From NCBI GenBank assembly GCA_919902105.1, contig CAKKQO010000037.1:5598-69597 (forward strand): a DNA stretch of 64,000 bases, read 5' to 3'. The translations under genes were made by a program, and so were the position numbers. This DNA is from Omnitrophica bacterium GWA2_41_15. Its GTDB lineage: Bacteria > Omnitrophota > Gorgyraeia > Ghiorseimicrobiales > Ghiorseimicrobiaceae. Shown here piece after piece: positions 16,432 to 25,208 of the stretch (positions are counted from its first letter, which is position 1; each line of letters opens with the position of its first letter). Under the pieces are notes generated by a model. That model worked only from the letters and a program-made list of their open reading frames with translations, was not told the origin of the DNA and made no database searches.

Positions 16432-17823
16432 TTACATATAACCCAAGGCAACGAGTTGATGCTTGATTTTATCAATATTTATGTCGGATTCTTTGATAGT
16501 TTTCATTTCTCTAAAACTTTTAAGGTTTAAATTTTTGGAAAGTTTATATAATTCGTCGCGCATAGATAATTCTAGGTTACAAACATTTTCTCTCTCTTTC
16601 GGATCTTTCGATATGCAATACAGCTCTATCGGGTTATTGTCTTTATCCAATATTAATTTCCATTCATTAGTCCTTACGCACCTAATAAATTCCGGAACCT
16701 CATATCCTAACCGAGGCGGTAAATCTCCGATATTTTTATTCGGGTCTTTTCCTGTTTCACTTATAACAAAAGAAGTAGAATTATGAGTAGATGTTTTTAT
16801 TAAAGATAAAAGACTCCTGCCATCTGAAGTATGTTTATATTTTGCGTCTAAGATTTCTAAGATGGTCGCGGGTATGTCAACAAGAGAAACAACTTTATCA
16901 ATCTTTTTTCCCGAATTAATAAAAGGAATATACACAAGTAAGGGTATGCGAATAAGCTCTTCGTACAAAGTCCTAATATGTCCAAGCTGGCCATGCTCCA
17001 TAAATTCTTCACCGTGATCAGAAGTAATAATGATAATTGTTTTTTCGATAAGATGTAACTCTTCCAGCTTTTGGACTACCTTTTTTATTAAAAAATCTGT
17101 ATATTTAATCTCTCCATCATATTTCGCAATTATAAACTCTAAATCTTCTTTATTTTTAAGCGGTTCCCAAGCATAAATTGATTTCCTATTAGTATTGTAA
17201 GTTGAGCGCATGCCCTTTGAATAAATATCAAACTTCCTCGGCGGATTAAATGGTACGTGACAATTAAAGCCATGAAGAAAAAGAAAAAATGGTAATTTCT
17301 TATGTCTTTCCAGCCATCCAAAACAATCCCTTAAATTGTCTTCAAAACGACTTCCTTTGCTTCTATAAGTAGAAAAACCGCGATTAAAACCGAAATTCGC
17401 AGAAACATAACCACCCCCATGAAAACCTGCCGTATTGTAACCGCTTTGATTTAATATCTCGGCTAAAGTCTTGATTTCTTCTGGCAGGATACCTGGCCGG
17501 GGCGACTGGACCAAGCCGAGTCGAGAAGCATACATTCCGGTAAACAGTGAAGCATGCGCAGGAACTGTCCATGCTGAAGTGCTAAAGGCATTAGTAAAAA
17601 GTGCACATCTTTGAGAAAATTCGTCTATGTATGGAGACGTATTCCTTTCGTATCCATAGCAACTTAAGTGATCGGCCCTTAACGTATCTATAGAAATTAA
17701 AATAACATTGTATTTATTTGCTAAGTTACCAGAACGATTATTTTTTATCTTAATGGTTCGCGCTATATGCTGATTTTTCATTGTATTTACTTTATGTTTA
17801 AAGCTATCAATAGCATTATTCAT
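16432..17823 (-). CDS. Sulfatase-fold (PF00884-like) hydrolase/transferase whose nucleophile motif is TVPAH instead of CTPSR
   Basis: LISIDTLRADHLSCYGY...FTNAFSTSAWTVPAHASLFTGMYASRLG aligns to the arylsulfatase motif CTPSRAALLTGRY with Cys to Thr and Arg to His. The ATG at 17823 is preferred over the TTG the ORF track uses at 17832. Confidence 0.65.
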   Translation of the reverse strand: MNNAIDSFKHKVNTMKNQHIARTIKIKNNRSGNLANKYNVILISIDTLRADHLSCYGYERNTSPYIDEFSQRCALFTNAFSTSAWTVPAHASLFTGMYASRLGLVQSPRPGILPEEIKTLAEILNQSGYNTAGFHGGGYVSANFGFNRGFSTYRSKGSRFEDNLRDCFGWLERHKKLPFFLFLHGFNCHVPFNPPRKFDIYSKGMRSTYNTNRKSIYAWEPLKNKEDLEFIIAKYDGEIKYTDFLIKKVVQKLEELHLIEKTIIIITSDHGEEFMEHGQLGHIRTLYEELIRIPLLVYIPFINSGKKIDKVVSLVDIPATILEILDAKYKHTSDGRSLLSLIKTSTHNSTSFVISETGKDPNKNIGDLPPRLGYEVPEFIRCVRTNEWKLILDKDNNPIELYCISKDPKERENVCNLELSMRDELYKLSKNLNLKSFREMKTIKESDINIDKIKHQLVALGYM

Positions 17824-17862
17824 ATTAATCAATATAACCCAGTTCTTCTAATTTATTCTTTG

Positions 17863-17963
17863 GGCCGTTATTGCCTGCAGGCATACTGCCATCGTCATTT
17901 TGTGCTTTTAATTGCGCCTGGGCGCTCTTAATAATAATATCGTATAAAAACATAATATTGCTC
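17863..17963. repeat. Diverged duplicate of the 5' end of gene 15244-16422, encoding remnant MFLYDIIIKSAQAQLKAQNDDGSMPAGNNGP...
   Basis: About 100 nt at about 75% identity to 16322-16422, including the 20-nt identical core ttattgcctgcaggcatact. Confidence 0.75.
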
Positions 17964-18046
17964 TTCGTTGTGTCCACTTTTTCGGAGGAACATTAGTCTT
18001 TTATATTAAAATTAAATAACTCTGAAATTACTTGTTCCATGATTTT

Positions 18047-19804
18047 TTAAATGTAGCCTAAATCAGCCAGGCGTTTTTCAACTTTGGAAATATCTTCTTT
18101 ATCGTTACTATTTTTAACCCGTTTAATTTCACTATTTTTTTCGGAAACTACTTTGTATTCTATTGGTTTTTGAATTAAGTAATCGTTTTTTATCGCATCT
18201 TTGAGAACTTTACCATCAAAATCGTATAAAATAGGTATCCCAAGAAGGTAAAGAATGCTAGGAGTTAGGTCGATAATTTGCGCATTTTCTAAATGTAGAG
18301 CTTTTTTGAAACTGTTCCCATAACAAATTATAACGCCATTTTTTTTATGCGTTCCTGTCCAGTCTTCACTTAATCTAAAAATCTCCCTGGTATTGGCGCC
18401 GCTTCGCAATAGATATCTTCCATCTTCGATTTCTAAGCACAGGTCAAAACCATCTTGAGTAAATGGACCCGAATAAATTTCTTCTTTTTTATCAATTTTT
18501 ACTCTTAGATTTCGACCTAATTCTGGATCGAACAAGTTACTAATAAGGCCTATAACCCGTCCTCTAATATCATTATAATCGCCCTTAGAACTGATGATGC
18601 CATCAGGTTCTCTATTTTTGAGGTTAAAAAAAATGGTATTATCTGCATAGCCAGAATAGCAAAACGTTTTTTTCCAGTTTATGCTTTGCCAATACATACT
18701 TCCAACGTCAGAGCCGAATGTTATTTTTCTAGGCTTTTTGAGACAAACATCATTCTTTTGAATAACTTTAATATTTTTGTAAAAGATATTTCTTACAATT
18801 AATTTTAACACTCTATAAAGGTAACATTTTTCGTGCATTTTTTTTCTAATTTTATCAGTTATTATTTCAATTTTTTTTAGCAAAGAATTATTCTTATAAT
18901 ATAAAAAACCATTCTCCTCAAGTATTCTATGTAATGAAATTATTTTTTCCCTTGGTCCAAATCCGTGATCGGAGATTATAAATAAAGAGGTGTTTTCATC
19001 TGTGCGGATGATAAACTCTCCAATTATCGAATCCAATTTTTGATAATATTTGATTATTAGCGGTAGAAATTTTTCGGCCTCAATTGGATCATGTTTTGAA
19101 TGTGTTGGGTCGATGTAATGCCAGCAGAAATGTTGAAGCCAATCAGTCTCACCAAAAACGAGCACAAATAAATCCCAATCCAATGCATCCATGAGTTTAA
19201 AACTTATTTCTTTCCTTTGTTCGGAGCATTTAATTATATCAGCGAAAAAACTTTCCTTTTCGTCTTTAGAATAATTCATCCAATTTATATTTAATATGTA
19301 TTCTTCTTTTTTAATCCCACTTTTTTCAAATAAATTATTTGGAAATGTAAAATTACAATTATTATCCGGTGTTGTTAAGCCACAACTTATCATACCTCCC
19401 CTTATTTCAAATGGAGGGTAAGTCATCGGTAAATTTATTACTCCACTTGTTCTTTTAAAATCAGTAAGTATCTCAAAAATAGTTTTTGTTTTTATATCTC
19501 GTGATGTGGTAAATTCTTTGTTATAAGTTTTATTTCTAAAAGGTTTAATGAAATCAAAAACACCGTGTTTCCCGGGATTAACTCCTGTCATAAACGAGGT
19601 CCACGAAGTACTTGAACGATACGGTATTGTTGATTTAAGTTCGCCAGAGGCGCCGTTATCGACAAGAAATTTTAGATTGGGCAGTAACCCTTGCTCCATC
19701 CAGGGCCTTAAATTCGTCCAGGTAGCGCCATCTAAACCAATTACGATTACCCGCGATTTAGTAGTTTCGGTTTTATTTTCCATTAAAAATCGCCTTTTTA
19801 ACAT
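18047..19804 (-). CDS. Alkaline-phosphatase-superfamily protein (type I phosphodiesterase / nucleotide pyrophosphatase family, PF01663-like)
   Basis: VIVIGLDGATW...STIPYRSSTSWTSFMTGVNPGKHGVF resembles the NPP motif KTFPNHYS.VTGLYPESHGI. The start may instead be MENKTE (19783). Confidence 0.65.
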   Translation of the reverse strand: MLKRRFLMENKTETTKSRVIVIGLDGATWTNLRPWMEQGLLPNLKFLVDNGASGELKSTIPYRSSTSWTSFMTGVNPGKHGVFDFIKPFRNKTYNKEFTTSRDIKTKTIFEILTDFKRTSGVINLPMTYPPFEIRGGMISCGLTTPDNNCNFTFPNNLFEKSGIKKEEYILNINWMNYSKDEKESFFADIIKCSEQRKEISFKLMDALDWDLFVLVFGETDWLQHFCWHYIDPTHSKHDPIEAEKFLPLIIKYYQKLDSIIGEFIIRTDENTSLFIISDHGFGPREKIISLHRILEENGFLYYKNNSLLKKIEIITDKIRKKMHEKCYLYRVLKLIVRNIFYKNIKVIQKNDVCLKKPRKITFGSDVGSMYWQSINWKKTFCYSGYADNTIFFNLKNREPDGIISSKGDYNDIRGRVIGLISNLFDPELGRNLRVKIDKKEEIYSGPFTQDGFDLCLEIEDGRYLLRSGANTREIFRLSEDWTGTHKKNGVIICYGNSFKKALHLENAQIIDLTPSILYLLGIPILYDFDGKVLKDAIKNDYLIQKPIEYKVVSEKNSEIKRVKNSNDKEDISKVEKRLADLGYI

Positions 19805-21053
19805 CCATTATACTTTCTACGTTACTGATATCACAGTTTCGCGAATATATGAATGCATCATCAAAGGTATGCATACCGTTAAGGTGCGAATGTTCAAATA
19901 CACTTATGTCTCCGGTTCTTCCTTTCAGGTCATATCCTCGTATAGGATGGGCGATTATGTCTGCGGCATCTTCAAGATATGGGCCAGAATAGAGCTCTTC
20001 CCTAAAAAATACCTTATCTATTATCTTCTCGCCTTGGCGGTCTTTAAATTCAAGCAGGCGGCTTTTGACAACGTTCCTTACGGAATTATAATCATTCGCT
20101 TTAACTGTCCCCTTTTCTTCCCTGCCCTCTAAATTAATAAATATCCTGCCGGGAAGCAGAGAATAGCAAATAGAGTTTTTATCGTAATCAGGTAATTTTT
20201 CATCAGTATTTGTAAATTTAAGCAGATTCTGTTCTTTAAGCCAGGCATTGAGTTGGACTTCAGCTTTGACGCCGCAGAAGCCATGGTCGGAAAGAATAAT
20301 TAACTGGTCAGTTTTTAAAAGTTTTTCATTTAACTTTTTTATAAAAACGTCTAATTTTTCAAAAAAATTAACGATATCTTTGTAAAATCCGTTTTTGTTT
20401 TCTAAGTCGCTCCATAAAAAATGAAATAACCTATCTGTTTCCATAATATGCAGCTGAAAATAATCCCATTCTTGTTTGTCTATTAATTCAAAGGCAACTT
20501 CAAATCGCCTCTCTAGCGCAAGATGCAACTCGTCCATAAACTTGCGTTTATTCTCTTTTGCCAGGCTTGCGTCAACATCTATTATGTAGCCCTTTTCTTT
20601 AAGATAATTTGAAAACTCTTTAGGGTAGGATGATTTATCTATGTCCGTGCATAAAAAACAGGATATCAGTATGCCGTTTACCTCTTCCGGGGGGTATGTT
20701 ATAGGAACGTTTATTACAATTACTTTTTTGCCCTGTTCTGATAATTCCTGCCAGATTGTTTTGGCGCGCCTGTTGCGCGCGGTGGGTATTTCTATCTGGA
20801 AAGGGTTAGGGTGCCTATCCACAAAGCCGAATATGCTATGGCCTGCGGGATTTAGGCCGGTAGCAAAGCTTGTCCAGGCAACAGATGAGACAGTTGGATA
20901 TACCGAATCCATCCTTTTGGCAGGGCTATCCTTAAATAGCCCCAAGAGATTAGGCATTGTTTCCTGAACAAGGCCATTATTTAGAAATGAATAAGGCACG
21001 CCGTCTAAGCCTAAGACAAATGTGCGTTTTTTATGTTTTTTGCCGAATATCAT
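19773..21053 (-). CDS. Alkaline-phosphatase-superfamily protein (PF01663-like), tandem paralogue of 18047-19804
   Basis: FVLGLDGVPYSF...YPTVSSVAWTSFATGLNPAGHSIFGF. Confidence 0.65.
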   Translation of the reverse strand: MIFGKKHKKRTFVLGLDGVPYSFLNNGLVQETMPNLLGLFKDSPAKRMDSVYPTVSSVAWTSFATGLNPAGHSIFGFVDRHPNPFQIEIPTARNRRAKTIWQELSEQGKKVIVINVPITYPPEEVNGILISCFLCTDIDKSSYPKEFSNYLKEKGYIIDVDASLAKENKRKFMDELHLALERRFEVAFELIDKQEWDYFQLHIMETDRLFHFLWSDLENKNGFYKDIVNFFEKLDVFIKKLNEKLLKTDQLIILSDHGFCGVKAEVQLNAWLKEQNLLKFTNTDEKLPDYDKNSICYSLLPGRIFINLEGREEKGTVKANDYNSVRNVVKSRLLEFKDRQGEKIIDKVFFREELYSGPYLEDAADIIAHPIRGYDLKGRTGDISVFEHSHLNGMHTFDDAFIYSRNCDISNVESIMDVKKAIFNGK

Positions 21054-21078
21054 TACGATATCCCTTCTGTGTTTGTTA

Positions 21079-21166
21079 TGATGCCTCCGGCAGAGATATT
21101 TTCGTTTTTCACCAATACAAAACGGCTTATTTCGCGGATATTTTTAAATGTGTCAATTACTATCGC
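21079..21166. repeat. Diverged duplicate of the 3' end of cysN (compare 22711-22799), lying directly upstream of gene 19773-21053 and ending in a TAATG stop/start overlap
   Basis: About 88 nt at about 80% identity. Encodes ...[29 protein letters not shown]. Confidence 0.8.
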
Positions 21167-21178
21167 GCGCGGGGGCGT

Positions 21179-21982
21179 TCAGCTGAGCAAGTTAATAAAA
21201 GTGCGAGATTCAAGCAATCTAAGCTCATTTTGATCCTCAAGAAACCTGCCCACGTCATCTCTAGCCTTAGCCCAATCTAACGCTTCAACGACCTTCTTAA
21301 TTTCTGTTTTCCAGTTCTGGGTATTAAGCGTAATAAAATTTTTCTGTGTTTGAGCCATTGCATTGTTTAGCATAATGTAATTGGGTTCTATACCTTTAAA
21401 TTTAGCCAGATACCACATTAAATCATACCAATCCCTTCCTTTTGTATATTCACGGCATAAAAGCGCGTGGACTTTTCCCGCCAGTAATGAAGGCAGGTCA
21501 TAATGCAGTGCATAGAACATAAACGTTGATTTATATACTGAATTTGTTTCTACTCCTCCACGGGGAGGATTTGTATCAATTTCTATTTTAATAATAATTT
21601 TTTGATCCTTTAACGGGCTGAGGCCGGTTTCATAAAGAATCCCTGAAAATTTTAGCAAAGCGCTGTGCACTGTCCGCTCACTGTTGTGTTTAATGTTTAA
21701 ATCGTAACCAGCTAAATTGAATTCCTGTTGAATTTGACTAATCATCGGATTAAAATCATAATTTTTAGCCCTATTTGATAGACTAAAATCAATGTCTTCT
21801 GAGAATCGCCTAATCTGGTGAACAAAACGCAGAGCTGTGCCGCCGGTAAAAACAAGATTTTGATAAAATTTTGTTTTGTAGACAACGTACAAGAAATAGG
21901 CCTGTAAATATTCTCTTACCCTATTTAAATTATTATTAAGGGTTAATTTAGGATCAACGACTGACTTAATGTAATCTCTCAT
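21179..21982 (-). CDS. AbiEii/AbiGii-family nucleotidyltransferase toxin
   Basis: FTGGTALRFVHQIRRFSEDIDFSLS matches the PF08843 signature. Confidence 0.75.
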   Translation of the reverse strand: MRDYIKSVVDPKLTLNNNLNRVREYLQAYFLYVVYKTKFYQNLVFTGGTALRFVHQIRRFSEDIDFSLSNRAKNYDFNPMISQIQQEFNLAGYDLNIKHNSERTVHSALLKFSGILYETGLSPLKDQKIIIKIEIDTNPPRGGVETNSVYKSTFMFYALHYDLPSLLAGKVHALLCREYTKGRDWYDLMWYLAKFKGIEPNYIMLNNAMAQTQKNFITLNTQNWKTEIKKVVEALDWAKARDDVGRFLEDQNELRLLESRTFINLLS

Positions 21983-22620
21983 TTTAAAGTTTTATATCGT
22001 TTCTTTTCCAGCCTACTGAATTTCATAAAAGACCGGGCAATATTATTAGTTTTCTTGTTATATCTTAACCTTAATTCGTTAAAACGCTTAAAATTAAGAA
22101 TCTCAGAGTTCTGGAACCTGTAAGATTCAAATTCGCTTTCCACCCCTTTTAAATCTTGATGAAAATAAAAAAAATCAAGAAGAGCCTTTTCAGGATAAGC
22201 GATGAAGTAATTCTCTCCGCTATCAACCATTTTGGTATATCCGCCAAAAACGCTTTCTTTAACTGAACGATACTCAAAAGTACCGATCGGGGTATTATAA
22301 GTTGTCGTTTTCTTAGATGTGACTGAAGTATAAACCGTAACTTTTTCCGGAATAATGTCGTAGTAGCCCAAAGCGTATTCAAGACTCACGTATGACGGAG
22401 AAAGTAGAAAGTTTGAAATAAAACCCATTGATAAAGGTTTTTTACGTAAGTCTTCATTTAGCAGGTAAACACCTCTCTTAAGCGGAATAAGATGTCCGCG
22501 CTTAAGCCAATATTGCACTTCACAGCGAAGCATTTGGAGATTTCCTCCGTGCAAAGCGAAAGTGGAGGAATCAATAATTGGATATTCGCTATATTTTTTT
22601 ACGAACTCTGCAAGTTTCAT
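21979..22620 (-). CDS. AbiEi-like antitoxin (type IV toxin-antitoxin system)
   Basis: LKRGHLIPLKRGVYLL...SLEYALGYYDII is typical of the AbiEi N-terminal domain. ATGA overlap with the downstream AbiEii gene. Confidence 0.65.
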   Translation of the reverse strand: MKLAEFVKKYSEYPIIDSSTFALHGGNLQMLRCEVQYWLKRGHLIPLKRGVYLLNEDLRKKPLSMGFISNFLLSPSYVSLEYALGYYDIIPEKVTVYTSVTSKKTTTYNTPIGTFEYRSVKESVFGGYTKMVDSGENYFIAYPEKALLDFFYFHQDLKGVESEFESYRFQNSEILNFKRFNELRLRYNKKTNNIARSFMKFSRLEKKRYKTLK

Positions 22621-22694
22621 TTCTCTATATCATAAAATTTATATATTTACAGAAACAAGTATAGCACAAAACTACGATTTGTCAAGATAATACG

Positions 22695-23984
22695 TCATTC
22701 GATATTAGTGATTATGCCGCCGGCGGAAATATTCTCGTTTTTTACCAATACAAAGCGCCCTATCTCGCGGGTGTTTTTAAAGGTGTCAATTACTATCGGC
22801 TTTTTGGTTTTGATGGTTACTTCGCCGATTTCAAGGTTTTCTAAATTTTGCGCGTCTGTTTCTATTAACTCTAAACTTGATGAGTTAATCCGTCTATGTA
22901 TCGCTTCAATCTTACAGCTTATTTCTTGCGTTGCGCAGCGCAATAAAACCTTCTCATCCTTGTTGTAGCCCTGTTTAGACATCCAGAAGACGCTTGTCTG
23001 GAATGTATCCGATACTTTCGGCTCTTTGCCTTTCTCGCATAATACATTACCTCTGTCTAAGAATACCGCGTCTTCTGTGGTTATGCCTGTGCTTTCTTGC
23101 GCAGATGCAGATTTAGCATCGCTTAAGAATTTTTCAATGCTTTTTACCCTCGTAATCTGCCCTTCAGGCAGCACTTTAACAACCTGTCCTTCTTTTATCG
23201 CCCCTGTCTCAACTCTGCCTACGATAATGCGTTTATCGTCTATCTTATATATATCCTGCACAGGAAAGATAAGCGGCTGGTTTTCTAAAGGCGCTTTATT
23301 CTTAAGTTGGCTAAGCCCTTCTAACATTGTCGGCCCTTTATACCAAGGCATATTGGTTGATTTATTGGCAATATTGTCGCCTTTTAAGGCAGAGATGGGT
23401 ATGTAGAGTTTCGGGGTTATGTTTAAGGTAATTAAGAACTTTCCTATCTTAGTTTTTAGTTCTATGTATTTTTCTGCATTAAAATCTATCAAATCCACCT
23501 TATTTATGAGGACGATTACCTGTTCTATTCCCAGCATAGAAAGGATAGTAGCGTGGCGCTTGGTCTGTTCTTGTATTCCTTCCTTGGCATCAATTATTAA
23601 AATAGCTGCCTCTGCCTGAGAGGCGCCGGTAATCATATTTTTTACGAATTCCACATGGCCCGGAGCATCAATGATTACGTATTCTTTCTTGTCTGTTTTA
23701 AAGAAGACTTGGGTTGTATCTATGGTGATGCCTTGTCGGCGCTCTTCTTCTAAATGGTCAAGAAGATAGGCGAATTCCGTATCTCTGCCTAATTCTTGGG
23801 AAGTTTTCCTTATCTCCTCCATTTTATCCGGAGGTAGAGAATTAGTATCGTAGAGCAGGCGGCCGATTAAGGTTGACTTTCCGTGGTCAACGTGTCCGAC
23901 GATGACGAATTTTAGCGACCGTTCGTCGCAGTTCGTGGTTCGTTGTTCTTTGTTCGTTGCTTGATTGTAATGCTCGCTAGTCAT
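22695..23984 (-). CDS. cysN: Sulfate adenylyltransferase subunit 1 (GTPase)
   Basis: [15 protein letters not shown] (G1 box plus the CysN-specific KSTLIGRLL), DAPGH and NKVD motifs. 429 aa with no fused APS-kinase domain. Confidence 0.85.
   Translation of the reverse strand: MTSEHYNQATNKEQRTTNCDERSLKFVIVGHVDHGKSTLIGRLLYDTNSLPPDKMEEIRKTSQELGRDTEFAYLLDHLEEERRQGITIDTTQVFFKTDKKEYVIIDAPGHVEFVKNMITGASQAEAAILIIDAKEGIQEQTKRHATILSMLGIEQVIVLINKVDLIDFNAEKYIELKTKIGKFLITLNITPKLYIPISALKGDNIANKSTNMPWYKGPTMLEGLSQLKNKAPLENQPLIFPVQDIYKIDDKRIIVGRVETGAIKEGQVVKVLPEGQITRVKSIEKFLSDAKSASAQESTGITTEDAVFLDRGNVLCEKGKEPKVSDTFQTSVFWMSKQGYNKDEKVLLRCATQEISCKIEAIHRRINSSSLELIETDAQNLENLEIGEVTIKTKKPIVIDTFKNTREIGRFVLVKNENISAGGIITNIE
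23921..23968. repeat. GTTCGT-rich segment (4 copies about 10 nt apart) overlapping the cysN 5' end; imperfect inverted partner of 24361-24405
   Basis: ccgttcgtcgcagttcgtggttcgttgttctttgttcgttgc. The partner's reverse complement is tttgttcgtagttcgtcgttcttagttcttcgtt. Confidence 0.5.
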
Positions 23985-24355
23985 AGAGTCCTCTTTGAAT
24001 TTTTAATATATTTGATGAAGCCTCCGATAAGGTTTTTCACTTGCGAACACTTTTGATACATTTCTTCAAATTGTGCATCCTCTATATATTTTTGTTCCAA
24101 AGCAATATAAAGATGAGATTGTATTTCCGAACATGAGCGCTGGCTGTAGCTTAAGAACTTAGCAAATTCTAGATTAGATGAGCAGTCAAAGCCCTCTGCG
24201 ATATTCGCCATTACCGATATGCCAGCTTTCCTGATTTGTTCAACCAAGGCGTAATCTACCTTAAATCTATTTTCTTTGCTGACCTTATATATAAGGCCGA
24301 CTAATATTTTTGCCTCTTGCCATGATTTAATTTCTTCAAATTTAGTAATTTTCAT
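23981..24355 (-). CDS. Four-helix-bundle protein (23S rRNA intervening-sequence protein family, PF05635-like)
   Basis: A 124-aa helical protein resembling the family encoded in 23S rRNA intervening sequences and common in glycan loci. It sits between cysD and cysN and is flanked by ACGAAC/GTTCGT-rich inverted repeats. Confidence 0.55.
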   Translation of the reverse strand: MKITKFEEIKSWQEAKILVGLIYKVSKENRFKVDYALVEQIRKAGISVMANIAEGFDCSSNLEFAKFLSYSQRSCSEIQSHLYIALEQKYIEDAQFEEMYQKCSQVKNLIGGFIKYIKNSKRTL

Positions 24356-24360
24356 TTTGC

Positions 24361-24405
24361 CTGAAATATTTAACGAAGAACTAAGAACGACGAACTACGA
24401 ACAAA
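24361..24405. repeat. ACGAAC-rich segment, inverted partner of 23921-23968
   Basis: aacgaagaactaagaacgacgaactacgaacaaac. Confidence 0.5.
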
Positions 24406-24407
24406 CA

Positions 24408-25208
24408 TCACATGTATCCTAATGATCTCAACTTCTGCATCATATAGGCGGATTCTTTATCTTGGGCGCGTCCACTGCGCTCAGATACTTTAGAGGTTTT
24501 TAGCTCTTCAATTATTTTATCTATAGTGTCGGCATCAGAGTCCACCGGGTTACAGCAAGTTTGACAGCCAATGCTTCTGTATCTTTTTCCATTTTTTGCC
24601 AGATAAAGCGAAGTGATGGGTATATTTTCGCGCCTTACATATTCCCAGATATCTATCTCCCGCCAGCTAAGTAATGGATGAATCCTCAGATGTTCTTCAT
24701 CTTTTGCCTTTGATTTATATTGGTCCCATAATTCCGGCGGCTGGTCTTTATAATTCCATTCAAAGTCTTCATCGCGAGGCGAGAAAAATCTTTCCTTTGC
24801 CCGTATGCCGTGCTCATCGCGCCTGATGCCTAAATACAGGGCTTTAAAGCCGTATTTTGCTATTGCGTCTTTTAAGGCATTTGTTTTAAGCTCGGTGCAG
24901 CAGGTTAATTTTTGCTTATCGGGTCCTACACCGTGTTTTATCGCCTCTTCGTTTTTGTGCACAATAAGGTTAAGATTCCATTTTTTGGCGTATTCATCGC
25001 GGAATTGGTATATTTCCTTAAATTTATATCCGGTGTCTATATGAAGCACGGGAAAAGGAAGCTTTCCATAAAATGCCTTGTGCAGAAGCCATAAAAGGGC
25101 GGTAGAATCTTTGCCGATAGACCAAAGCATTGCTACTTTTTTAAATTGATAATATGCCTCTCTGATGATAAAGATGCTTTCATTTTCTAATGCTGAAATT
25201 TTATCCAT
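24408..25208 (-). CDS. cysD: Sulfate adenylyltransferase subunit 2 (PAPS-reductase-like fold)
   Basis: WSIGKDSTALLWL is the PP-loop SGGKDS-like motif. The C-terminus CQTCCNPVD is typical of CysD. Confidence 0.85.
   Translation of the reverse strand: MDKISALENESIFIIREAYYQFKKVAMLWSIGKDSTALLWLLHKAFYGKLPFPVLHIDTGYKFKEIYQFRDEYAKKWNLNLIVHKNEEAIKHGVGPDKQKLTCCTELKTNALKDAIAKYGFKALYLGIRRDEHGIRAKERFFSPRDEDFEWNYKDQPPELWDQYKSKAKDEEHLRIHPLLSWREIDIWEYVRRENIPITSLYLAKNGKRYRSIGCQTCCNPVDSDADTIDKIIEELKTSKVSERSGRAQDKESAYMMQKLRSLGYM

Noticed and set aside
16432-17832. ORF-track start of the sulfatase-like gene at 17832 (MINMNN...)
   Set aside because: The codon at 17832-17830 is TTG. The ATG three codons downstream (17823, MNNAIDS) is the more likely initiator. 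The track evidently allows alternative start codons.
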